A stretch of 53,434 bases of DNA. Source: a virus (Duplodnaviria; Heunggongvirae; Uroviricota; Caudoviricetes). The DNA lies in the IMG/VR virus record IMGVR_UViG_3300024265_000032. One strand, written 5' to 3'. Positions 18,380-26,923 of this stretch are shown here, piece by piece. Numbering within the stretch: position 1 is the first letter of the stretch; each line of letters starts with the position of its first letter. Under the pieces are notes generated by a model that had not been told where the DNA came from, made no database searches, and was given only the letters and a program-made list of their open reading frames with translations. A program made the position numbers and the translations under genes.

Positions 18380-19829
18380 CCTCTATCTCGTAGGACAATT
18401 TTACACCTTTGAATTCAGAAGGCAATATAACAGCTAACTGATCAATAACCCTCTGCCTAAGATCAACAGCTATGTCAAGAACGGTTTTCAATTCTTCTGC
18501 CTCAACAGTCATCGAGGTTCTGTGTGGGAACACCAATTTCAACAATCCTGATCCTATCCTTAGAAGAGAACGTTGATTACGCTGTGACATATCTCCGAAT
18601 GTAACGTTGTGTAAAATTACATTTGTGTAATTCTTGTCTCTCATCCGATGCATAATTTCGCTTATGTAGTCAGCCATGAATCCATGCCCTTTGGCTAATT
18701 TCGATTCACGAATTTGAGGAATCCTCCACCCCGGAATAAAACCATGGATACGGTCCAAGAATGCGCGATCTCTACTGACCGCTTCCGGCAATGGCTGAAA
18801 CAGATTTCTATACCGAGCCGATACCGTTCCCTTGCCCCTATCACAATCAATATTACCTGCAAACATTATTGAGCAACCAGACGCGAACTCAGCGGTACCT
18901 CTTCCAAATCGACCAGAGTTCATAAAGTCTTTCAACATATCGATCAAATCGCCGTGGCCAGACCACTTGTTTCCTACCCTACTATTTGCGAACTCATCGA
19001 ACATAACGCAATCTCGATATCCGACCAAACCCAGTTGTCTTCGTAATTTGTCATAGAACAGAGATGCGACAGTAGTTTGTCCACCGGATATTACAAATCC
19101 ATGAGAACTAAGAGACTGGTATGCAAAAGTCTTCCCTGTTTCGGGAGGCCCTAGCTCTACCAAATTGACATTAGATTCGACGAACGGGACCAATCGTACA
19201 ACGTACAACATTTTTTCTTCTAGTGAAAGCTGACCTGGATCGAATCCGATACTGGTAATCATTAGGTCCAACCATTCATCGTGACTAAACTGTACTCGAC
19301 GATCTATCCATGAATCTAGGTCTATCGTTGTGATCTGGATAGGCTTAAACTCCGTTATGACAAACGGGTACAATTTATTCCTCATAATGAAAGAATCGTC
19401 GTAAGCGATTTTGAATACACCCCAAGCACCCGTCGTTAACAGAACCTCTCCGTATTCTTCTATTAAAATCGGGTCAATTCTGATAAACTGATTGCCCAGT
19501 GACGTAACATCTACCCAATATTCATCTCGCCCCTCATCAAGACGACAACGAATGCGACCAATCAAGGTATACTCGCCATCTTCCCTGATCCGACTTTTGA
19601 TCCACTCCTTCTTGTCTGAGTCCATAAAGTGATCATCCAGAAGTTTGCCGATCCTCTCTAAGCCAACGCTCGGATTGGATACATCTACCATCTCGGCAAC
19701 CAGATAATCGATAACAAACGTCGGAAGCTTACGGAACTGTTCGTTGAGATAGGCAATACTTTTATCTATCACAACCCCATGTTCGCTGAAGACACTCAAA
19801 ATCTTCTGTTTTGTATCAACTTCGGCCAT
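18369..19829 (-). CDS. brxL: BrxL-like MCM-type AAA+ protein lacking the C-terminal Lon protease domain
   Basis: W.DL...SIG..P, RLVPFVE.N.NLVELGP..TGKT, T.A.LFY, V.FDE, LK.FM.SG.F.RG, AFLDRIHGFIPGW.IP, HG...DY.SE..H: BrxL/TIGR02688 pattern. Confidence 0.8.
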   Translation of the reverse strand: MAEVDTKQKILSVFSEHGVVIDKSIAYLNEQFRKLPTFVIDYLVAEMVDVSNPSVGLERIGKLLDDHFMDSDKKEWIKSRIREDGEYTLIGRIRCRLDEGRDEYWVDVTSLGNQFIRIDPILIEEYGEVLLTTGAWGVFKIAYDDSFIMRNKLYPFVITEFKPIQITTIDLDSWIDRRVQFSHDEWLDLMITSIGFDPGQLSLEEKMLYVVRLVPFVESNVNLVELGPPETGKTFAYQSLSSHGFVISGGQTTVASLFYDKLRRQLGLVGYRDCVMFDEFANSRVGNKWSGHGDLIDMLKDFMNSGRFGRGTAEFASGCSIMFAGNIDCDRGKGTVSARYRNLFQPLPEAVSRDRAFLDRIHGFIPGWRIPQIRESKLAKGHGFMADYISEIMHRMRDKNYTNVILHNVTFGDMSQRNQRSLLRIGSGLLKLVFPHRTSMTVEAEELKTVLDIAVDLRQRVIDQLAVILPSEFKGVKLSYEIEDGK

Positions 19830-19962
19830 CTGTGGCTCCCTTCGTTATATGGATGATGATTCCATTACATTTGTTACACCACACCCATGAGGTGTGAAAA
19901 GTCCAGAATTTCCAATGAAAAAACCGACAAATCCATTTTGGCATATTAAACTCCCACTTCAT
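19816..19962 (-). CDS. small Trp/Cys-rich protein (48 aa, absent from ORF track)
   Basis: Manual translation MKWEFNMPKWICRFFHWKFWTFHTSWVWCNKC...; overlaps the brxL start. Confidence 0.4.
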   Translation of the reverse strand: MKWEFNMPKWICRFFHWKFWTFHTSWVWCNKCNGIIIHITKGATDGRS

Positions 19963-20017
19963 CCATTACTCATTCCATAATACTGTTTACTGTTGGCTCG
20001 CTTTTACCAACTCTTTT

Positions 20018-20257
20018 TTATTTGAAGAGCGATAACGCATCTGACCTTTCCACAACAGCCTCTACAACACCCGTATTTGACGTTCTCGCCGCGTCTCCTG
20101 AACTTTGAAGACATTCTAGATGGATGACACCATCTACTCTGTTTGCGCCAATTTGGTGGATTATATCATCCGCACATGGGCCATTATACACCGCTTCGGT
20201 AATCAGAAGTACAGAATCGTTTTGACGAATTTCAAGACCACAAACTAGGCATTCCAT
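20018..20257 (-). CDS. small Zn-finger-like hypothetical protein
   Basis: CLVC...H.EC; RBS GGAG. Confidence 0.55.
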   Translation of the reverse strand: MECLVCGLEIRQNDSVLLITEAVYNGPCADDIIHQIGANRVDGVIHLECLQSSGDAARTSNTGVVEAVVERSDALSLFK

Positions 20258-20631
20258 TCCATTTTCTCCGAACGAACCGACCCAGATTTCAATTAAACAC
20301 AGTTGTTCTCAACCTAAACTTTTTCTTCTTTTGTTGAATATGTTAAAGAGTTTCTACGAAGCTGTAACCTTCGAGAAACAAAACCTTCAACAAATCAATG
20401 GTAATAATTGCCAGACAGAAAATAGTACGTTAGGTGGAAAACTCAAAAGTATTCATGTCGTGAAGTTGTCGATGATTGTCGCGGTTCGGAATTCTATTAC
20501 GCTGTATGAACCGGCTAGTTAGCAAACTACTATATTACTACAAATATAGACAGTGCAAAAAAGACAAAAGCGCTCGCGCAAAATGAAAAAAAATGAAAAT
20601 AATCAAAATCAGCAAGTCCCTCTGTATTTTA

Positions 20632-21132
20632 TCAACCGTCGAACGTTTTTAATAATCGTCTTAGTGTACACTTGTTTAAGCTAGTCTCTTCTTTTGTCAT
20701 GTTGTCGATGATCAATTTTCCGTCCAGATGATCTATTTCGTGTTGCCAAATCCGAGTCGTGTGTGTGTCTCCGATAAATTGTATCGGCAGGTTGTTGATA
20801 CCTATCCCCGTCAAGATAGAAGACGTACCTCTAGTCATCGTGACCGAGACACCAGGAAGAGAAAGACATCCTTCTATTGATGGTTGTTGTCCGCTGACAC
20901 TTTTCAATACTGGATTCCATATGATTTGGCAGAATCCATGCTCTTTCCAGGCGAACATTCTGACGTTCATTCCAACCTGTGGTGCTGCTAATCCTACTCC
21001 ATTGTGTCTTTCGAGAATTCGGAACATCTCTGCTCGCATTATCCTTCGTTTCTTAATGCTCTCTTTGATTGAAGAATCGTACTCCTGACATCTCATAAGA
21101 AGTCTTGGGTCCGGATAATACACTAATTGCAT
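20632..21132 (-). CDS. def: peptide deformylase
   Basis: GVGLAAPQVG, EGCLS, QHEIDHLDG. Confidence 0.95.
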   Translation of the reverse strand: MQLVYYPDPRLLMRCQEYDSSIKESIKKRRIMRAEMFRILERHNGVGLAAPQVGMNVRMFAWKEHGFCQIIWNPVLKSVSGQQPSIEGCLSLPGVSVTMTRGTSSILTGIGINNLPIQFIGDTHTTRIWQHEIDHLDGKLIIDNMTKEETSLNKCTLRRLLKTFDG

Positions 21133-21410
21133 TTTACCCGCCCCTTCGTTAGAGACCAGTCTAGAATCCCCAATGACTCATCGGGATACGTTGATGATCT
21201 ATAGATATCCAACCATTTTGAGAACTGATCATCTGACCCTTTTGTGTCTGGCAACTCAAATTCTGTCGCTGGTTCAAACATAGATGTTCTGAAAATATCA
21301 GGTATCGGTCCATGACACACATCTATTGGAATGGTTCCCATACGATTGGCCCAGAATCTAACGACTATCGGCATTTGTGTTCTCATTCTTGGTCTCCTTC
21401 TACTTTCCAT
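21123..21410 (-). CDS. hypothetical protein
   Basis: ORF on the coding strand; probable internal start at MRTQ after GGAG. Confidence 0.5.
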   Translation of the reverse strand: MESRRRPRMRTQMPIVVRFWANRMGTIPIDVCHGPIPDIFRTSMFEPATEFELPDTKGSDDQFSKWLDIYRSSTYPDESLGILDWSLTKGRVKCN

Positions 21411-21646
21411 TCTGTAATCAACAAATTATCTTTCCACGCTTCAAGAGGATCATATTCTGGATTTGGTTTCTGTTGGCCACAACCACCACACTTGATGGTC
21501 TCTACGACTACTCCTGGTCTGATATATTCTTCTGCTGCTTGTTTTGTGAAGAACACACCTCGCACCCTACCTCCTGTTCTTGTGTTGTGAGTCACTACGA
21601 ACACTTTCATCTTCATCTTTTTCTTTCCTTTTAAGAAGTGGACCAC
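21383..21646 (-). CDS. hypothetical protein
   Basis: ORF on the coding strand, CGGC motif. Confidence 0.5.
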   Translation of the reverse strand: MVHFLKGKKKMKMKVFVVTHNTRTGGRVRGVFFTKQAAEEYIRPGVVVETIKCGGCGQQKPNPEYDPLEAWKDNLLITEWKVEGDQE

Positions 21647-21823
21647 TGATTCGTTTCGCCGCGCTGCCGATCAGCCTCTTACTTATCGGACCATGGACCT
21701 TGATTGTTTCTCGTAATCCATGGATAATGATGCTGTTGATTATTTGCCTTTCTGTTTTCTTTTTCTTCACCCTACTACTCCATTTCAAAACACATACAGA
21801 CCAAACTGGCCTGACTTTCAAGA

Positions 21824-21979
21824 CTACAGTGCAGTACAGATAAGAAGAATAACAACCCCTATGCCAGCTATACCAAGTAGGCCGACAAAAATACCTGCAA
21901 CGATGGGACCGTAACCTCTCCATGTGGGGTCTTCTGGCCACTTGTCTTCATCAGTATAACTACCACCGCATCCAGCCAT
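21824..21979 (-). CDS. small single-pass membrane protein (51 aa, absent from ORF track)
   Basis: AGGAG RBS, MAGCGG...IVAGIFVGLLGIAGIGVVILLICTAL. Confidence 0.55.
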   Translation of the reverse strand: MAGCGGSYTDEDKWPEDPTWRGYGPIVAGIFVGLLGIAGIGVVILLICTAL

Positions 21980-21989
21980 GTTTTTCTCC

Positions 21990-22184
21990 TTATGGATTGA
22001 ATGTCTTACCGATAGTTGGGTGTGTCATAATATCATCCTCAATCATGATCCTTAATCTGGCTTCATAATTATCTAGAGCCCTTTTACTGATACGAGTCAG
22101 TTTGTCTTCCATCCCCGGCCTCATGGCTGCAAGTTTGGCTCTTATAAACACTTTGATCTGACTTCTATTAAGAAGATTGGACAT
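21990..22184 (-). CDS. small basic hypothetical protein
   Basis: 64 aa, abuts the DUF2997 gene. Confidence 0.55.
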   Translation of the reverse strand: MSNLLNRSQIKVFIRAKLAAMRPGMEDKLTRISKRALDNYEARLRIMIEDDIMTHPTIGKTFNP

Positions 22185-22390
22185 TATATTCCTCCGCGTT
22201 GAGTGTTTCTTTCTCTGGTCACGCGACGTTGTCGATATTCTGGCTTGTCTGTGTGAGACACATCTGTTCCCAAAACTTCTTCTATCTCAGATAGAAATTT
22301 GGCACATTCTGGTCCCACAAACCCCTTACCTTCTATGGAACAATTACCATCGGGGTCGATATTAATAATGACTTCTTTTTGTCCTCTCAT
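22184..22390 (-). CDS. DUF2997-family protein
   Basis: I.IDPDG...IEGKGF.G..C......IEE.LG......KPEY pattern. Confidence 0.8.
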   Translation of the reverse strand: MRGQKEVIINIDPDGNCSIEGKGFVGPECAKFLSEIEEVLGTDVSHTDKPEYRQRRVTRERNTQRGGI

Positions 22391-22992
22391 CGTTTTTTCT
22401 CCGCTTCACAAAGTAGTTCTTCGAAGTACTCGGCTTTCTCTGAAGATGTTACACGACCCTTGAGTTTCTTTTTCCTCTTGTTTTCTAGGGCCAATTTATC
22501 ACTCATTAGGCACAACCAGTCAATTGCTGTTTTGAATCGCCCAAGTTCTGATTGTATTTGATCTAGGGCGTAGACATTCTTTAATCTGCCTCCTGATAAA
22601 TCGATGTCTGTGATTTCTGTATCGATACTTGTGTCAGACAACCATTGTGCTGTTATTTGTACACCTCGGTTACCCCAAATTCGAAATCGGTAGATTCTCT
22701 GTTTGAGTAGCCGACGTAGTTCTAAGACAGCAAGTGCCCTAGTCATATCTGATGATCTACCTACTGGAGCAAAACACCTATGGGACTCACAGTTGTGGTC
22801 TTCTTTTTTCTCACAAAGACGACATCTGTTCTCCAGTTTCGGGTTCTGGTGGAAATCACAATCGATCGTGGTTATCTTACCACTACAGACTGTAGTGATC
22901 GCTTGATGATTACCAGAGATATGCCATACGCGATGCCATTTACCTCTTGTTTTCAGAGACTGACGGTACCAACCCCTAAACATCTTCACCAT
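22387..22992 (-). CDS. hypothetical protein
   Basis: 201 aa, GGAGGT RBS. Confidence 0.55.
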   Translation of the reverse strand: MVKMFRGWYRQSLKTRGKWHRVWHISGNHQAITTVCSGKITTIDCDFHQNPKLENRCRLCEKKEDHNCESHRCFAPVGRSSDMTRALAVLELRRLLKQRIYRFRIWGNRGVQITAQWLSDTSIDTEITDIDLSGGRLKNVYALDQIQSELGRFKTAIDWLCLMSDKLALENKRKKKLKGRVTSSEKAEYFEELLCEAEKKR

Positions 22993-23004
22993 AAACCTCC
23001 TTCT

Positions 23005-23166
23005 CTACCTGATAACCTCGACACTCTTGACTGTCACATCCTGAACGTCTACCTCGTCGCAATCGTCTGGCCAAAATTCCATACCTTCAAGTTCCTCTAC
23101 TCCGTCGACATTGTCTGTCTCGGTCGTGGTTACTTCAAGTGTGATTTTATAGTGTCCTTTTTTCAT
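23005..23166 (-). CDS. small acidic protein (53 aa, absent from ORF track)
   Basis: GGAGGT RBS; MKKGHYKITLEVTT... Confidence 0.5.
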   Translation of the reverse strand: MKKGHYKITLEVTTTETDNVDGVEELEGMEFWPDDCDEVDVQDVTVKSVEVIR

Positions 23167-23410
23167 AGTGCGTACCTCCTGGCGAAAATGCCTCTATTTC
23201 CCACTCAATTGCCTTTTCCCTGTTGGGATTCGTGTGAAGGACTTTACCGTTCAAAGACAATACTTCCCACGTTTGCTCTGTCTCGTTGAATTCTACGTTC
23301 GACGCCTTGTGGATATCCGTCACTAGACCGATCGCGAACAGATTGACATCGTCTGTGTATAGACAATGGACATCTCCGTTCTGATCGATATCAAGTGTTA
23401 TCGTTTTCAT
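23147..23410 (-). CDS. conserved-looking small protein (I..DG.V..LY.D...L..G......AS.VE pattern)
   Basis: Start trimmed to 23410; recalled as a neighbour of DUF2997/DUF1257 genes (unverified). Confidence 0.55.
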   Translation of the reverse strand: MKTITLDIDQNGDVHCLYTDDVNLFAIGLVTDIHKASNVEFNETEQTWEVLSLNGKVLHTNPNREKAIEWEIEAFSPGGTHYEKRTL

Positions 23411-23411
23411 G

Positions 23412-23699
23412 TTAGTTCCTGGAACATCGACTTGCATCTTCTTTTATTTCCTTTCTTACTCTCGCGACAGCTTCTGCGATTGAACCTGCTGTTGGTTTTT
23501 TCTTTTGCTTGTCTTTTTCTATGAGATAGAGGACTCTGGCTTTGAAGCACCAATAGATTATTGATGCGACCCAAGAACAACCCCAGACACAGAATACGCC
23601 CAGTGCTATCTTCCAAGACAAGATAAGACACCCTAGACTGATCACAAAGCCGCCACCGAAAAGCCAGAATGCCAACATATACTGTCCAATCTTCTTCAT
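23412..23699 (-). CDS. two-TM membrane protein
   Basis: Two hydrophobic spans followed by a basic tail. Confidence 0.6.
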   Translation of the reverse strand: MKKIGQYMLAFWLFGGGFVISLGCLILSWKIALGVFCVWGCSWVASIIYWCFKARVLYLIEKDKQKKKPTAGSIAEAVARVRKEIKEDASRCSRN

Positions 23700-23701
23700 C
23701 T

Positions 23702-24712
23702 CTACGATCCCCTTGGTAAGGTTTCCTCTATCGACAAAGGACTAACGAGTACGTAGTCCACATTCTCACGTAAGTCAACAAAATTCATCGCACCACCCAT
23801 GGCGAGACCAGACTTGATTCCCATAACGTAGTCCTCAATGACCTTTTCTGTCCTGCCTTTGTCCTCCATCTCTATCTCGATACCTTCTGGTGCTATATCC
23901 GGCCTACCAGAAGCCGCACGGCTACTCATGCCTCGATAGAGACGTTTATCCCCAATCCTTGGGGTTGCTCGTGTACCAGCCAACATGTATCCGATCATAC
24001 ACGCATCAGCGCCAGCCCATATTGATTTTACCATGTCTCCACTGGTTCGCAATCCTCCGTCTGCAATAATTGAAACTCCATATTGGCCACTTACTACTTT
24101 GCATGTTTCTTGTATTGCAGAAAATTGTGGGACGCCGAATCCTGTGACTATTCGTGTGGTGCAAGCAGCGCCTGGGCCGATACCAACCTTGATCGCATCG
24201 ACTCCGTGTTGGGCGAATTTGATTGCTGCTTCGGGAGTGCAGACATTACCAGCCATGAGTGTGAACGGATATTTCTCTCTCACCCTAGATAGAGAATCGA
24301 TAGTTTCGTACATTTTTACGTGGTCGCCGTGTGCCACGTCGATACAGATGACGTTGCAGCCAATATCTGCCAGCATCTTTACTTTGTAAGGTATTTCTCC
24401 TTTCAACCCTATTGCGCATCCAACGTTTTTGGCACCCTGGTCACGAGCCCATTTGATTTCTTTCATTTGGGTGTCTAGTTCTGTACGGTCGTCCAGGTTG
24501 ATATGTCGGGTCAGGATACCTAGACCGCCCATCTTATCCATGACTACCAACATGTATTTTCCTGTAATAGAATCCATAGCCGCAGAGATGAGTGGTATTT
24601 TTAGCTCCACTGATCCTATCTTGGTTGCAGTACTTGGTGAAGTTCTAGACCCAAGGGTTGAGTAGTGCGGGACAAGCAAGATATCATTGAAACACAGTTT
24701 GCGCTCTTTCAC
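23702..24712 (-). CDS. IMP dehydrogenase / GMP reductase family (no CBS domains)
   Basis: D.LLVP, PL.SAAMD, IDVAHG, AGNV.T, KVGIGPGAACTTR..TG.GVPQ, IIADGG, YRGM.S. Confidence 0.92.
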   Translation of the reverse strand: MKERKLCFNDILLVPHYSTLGSRTSPSTATKIGSVELKIPLISAAMDSITGKYMLVVMDKMGGLGILTRHINLDDRTELDTQMKEIKWARDQGAKNVGCAIGLKGEIPYKVKMLADIGCNVICIDVAHGDHVKMYETIDSLSRVREKYPFTLMAGNVCTPEAAIKFAQHGVDAIKVGIGPGAACTTRIVTGFGVPQFSAIQETCKVVSGQYGVSIIADGGLRTSGDMVKSIWAGADACMIGYMLAGTRATPRIGDKRLYRGMSSRAASGRPDIAPEGIEIEMEDKGRTEKVIEDYVMGIKSGLAMGGAMNFVDLRENVDYVLVSPLSIEETLPRGS

Positions 24713-24721
24713 TGACTTCTC

Positions 24722-25102
24722 CTAGAGTTGTACCCGTCTAACAGACGAATGCCTTCTTTTTTCATTGGAATTTTTATTGATTGGCTTTGGCTTGGTTATG
24801 TAAACCCGACTTATGTTATCTACGGTATTTGAGAGTGTTTGGTTTTTACACATTTCGAAAAATTGTTCTGGACTTATCAGGTCTATGTCCATTTCTCGGG
24901 CCTTTTCTGCTTTTTGAGACTTGCTGTTCGCATCAGCTATCACCAAGATTGTTGTGGATTTTGTTATGGATGCTGTTATTGAGGCTCCAGCCTGTACTGC
25001 TATGGCCGTCATTTGGTCACGAGGTTTTGGAGACTTGCCAGTGAAACAGAATACTGCGCTTTTCAAATCTCCAGTATCTTCGTTTAGGAATTGAAGTGCC
25101 AT
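24722..25102 (-). CDS. stand-alone BRCT-domain protein (NAD-ligase C-terminal type)
   Basis: FCFTG...R......A...G......ITK.T..LV......S.K..KA....I..IS..QF. Confidence 0.85.
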   Translation of the reverse strand: MALQFLNEDTGDLKSAVFCFTGKSPKPRDQMTAIAVQAGASITASITKSTTILVIADANSKSQKAEKAREMDIDLISPEQFFEMCKNQTLSNTVDNISRVYITKPKPINKNSNEKRRHSSVRRVQL

Positions 25103-25103
25103 A

Positions 25104-25628
25104 TCAACGATACCCCGTTACTCTGATGGTTTGGTGTCCATTTGCTTCTCGAACTCTAGCGACAGTACGACCATAAGCCGCCATTTCTTTTTCGACAGCA
25201 TAAAACGCACAGCTTCCCTTGAGGTGACCTATCCATTGAGCGCCATATTTGTCAGAATCGAATTCTGAAATCAGAGCCTCATAAGTTCCGTCATCTTTCT
25301 TCACGAATCCAATATCATTAGCGCTATTGCCTACATATACTCGACGGATGATGATGTGGGCTACTTCTGCTCGTTGATCTCCGTGGTAACCGAATAAGTG
25401 CTGTGGGTCGCTGTGGACTTCTATCTGGGCTTCTGTCCAGTTCCCCGTCTCCATCAGAGCCTTGAATAGTGAGCTACCATCTTTGAACTGCGTCTTTACT
25501 GTGCAATAGCGTGAGATAACTTTCTCCTTCATTTTTGTATGGGTGTTGTCAATGATTTTCGCACTGACCATCCCAGAGTGACCAATCTGTGCCATAGGGC
25601 TTTCTGACCTATGTTTGTTTCCCACCAC
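25104..25628 (-). CDS. DUF1257 (Ycf35-like) protein; true start probably internal
   Basis: S.Y..VKT.F.D...L..AL...G...E....L.GY.G..R.....I........DIGF....DG.YE..I pattern. Confidence 0.75.
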   Translation of the reverse strand: MVGNKHRSESPMAQIGHSGMVSAKIIDNTHTKMKEKVISRYCTVKTQFKDGSSLFKALMETGNWTEAQIEVHSDPQHLFGYHGDQRAEVAHIIIRRVYVGNSANDIGFVKKDDGTYEALISEFDSDKYGAQWIGHLKGSCAFYAVEKEMAAYGRTVARVREANGHQTIRVTGYR

Positions 25629-25653
25629 CTCTTACTGTTTTTCTTTTTCCGCA

Positions 25654-25739
25654 GTCGCACAGACATAACCAACGAGCATTATCTACATACTCTATCACCG
25701 TAAGTCTGGTGAATTTTTGTCCAGTTATGTCTACGCGAC
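25654..25739 (-). ncRNA. candidate structured RNA (three-way junction) in the DUF1257 leader
   Basis: 16-bp closing stem whose two mismatches are G-U pairs only on the minus strand, enclosing two hairpins. Confidence 0.5.
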
Positions 25740-25748
25740 ACTTGGCCA

Positions 25749-25937
25749 CTAAGATTCCTCCTTTATTACAAACTGGAACCTCATTCCATTACCAGTGTCG
25801 AATTCGTCAGGTAAACCATTTTCCAATTGTTCCTGGAGATTTTGAATCAACTTACCTGCCTCTTTCTTGCTCATGAAGACTTTTGTCAACGGTGTGAAGA
25901 TGGTTTTTATGCCGTTCTGGAATATTTCTACTTTCAT
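25749..25937 (-). CDS. small hypothetical protein
   Basis: 62 aa, ATGA overlap with upstream gene. Confidence 0.55.
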   Translation of the reverse strand: MKVEIFQNGIKTIFTPLTKVFMSKKEAGKLIQNLQEQLENGLPDEFDTGNGMRFQFVIKEES

Positions 25938-26911
25938 CGACTACACGCTTTTAACCATCTTGCACGAGCGAATGCATTCATAGGACGAAAAGTCTGATAG
26001 ACATTTTCGTCGTCAAATTCATCGGTATCGATATCAGGATCGCCCATACATCCACCACTCGTAGCGAGGCAATCACAGTCGGTGCATATTTCCTGACATT
26101 GGGTACAGTAGCCATCTTCGTCCCAGCATCCACATGTGGTCGAGTCCATACCGCATCGAAGACAGTCGTCGTCGTCGAGATCATCATCTTCGTTGCAGAT
26201 ACAGCAACTGTTTTTCTCGCAACATGTCAAACAATTATCATAGATATCTTCGTCGTCGTCGTCGTCGTCGCAAACACAGTCAAAGCCATGACAATTCTCG
26301 CACATGTTTTCACATGTACAGTTTCCGTACAGATTGCAACACCCGTCACAATATGTATTTTCTGTGTCTTCACCTATGATTCTGACTGCCGCCAATTCTA
26401 CAATAAAACGAGGAACGTCTAGTTGCGGGAATTCTGATGGATGTCTTTTAAGAGCAGCCTGAGCACCACCTTCTATTCTGTTATCTAGGCATGTGAATAG
26501 TTTGTCGTCTAGTTCTATTTCGTTATGGTTAGTCCTGTATCCTAGACAATACGCCCTGCCACTGTGATAGCAACCTCCAAGTTTGACCTTAGACGTATCT
26601 ACTTCGATACTCAGACATAATGCGGCCATGTTTTCTTTTGTTGCTGGTACTACATCGTCAATGGTTAGTTTACAGAATTCGCCACCGAGGAAGAATAGTT
26701 CTTTTCCAGGTTTTGGAGCGGCGCTTACAACTCGACCTTTTGGAAGGATATAGTCGTACATGAATGTACCATTTGATTGATGTTCCCAATACACGAATTT
26801 TGTTGTTGACTTATCGCGGCCAGTGACAAAACAAACATGTTCTTCCCACTTTTTGCTCTTGTCGTCTGAATCAAATCTAGCGATAGCTAGTTCACAATTC
26901 TTTGCATTCAT
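25934..26911 (-). CDS. hypothetical protein with Cys/Asp-rich repeat C-terminus
   Basis: 325 aa; five C-x2-C...C-x-C units separated by poly-Asp. Confidence 0.65.
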   Translation of the reverse strand: MNAKNCELAIARFDSDDKSKKWEEHVCFVTGRDKSTTKFVYWEHQSNGTFMYDYILPKGRVVSAAPKPGKELFFLGGEFCKLTIDDVVPATKENMAALCLSIEVDTSKVKLGGCYHSGRAYCLGYRTNHNEIELDDKLFTCLDNRIEGGAQAALKRHPSEFPQLDVPRFIVELAAVRIIGEDTENTYCDGCCNLYGNCTCENMCENCHGFDCVCDDDDDDEDIYDNCLTCCEKNSCCICNEDDDLDDDDCLRCGMDSTTCGCWDEDGYCTQCQEICTDCDCLATSGGCMGDPDIDTDEFDDENVYQTFRPMNAFARARWLKACSR

Positions 26912-26923
26912 TTCATTTTTCTC

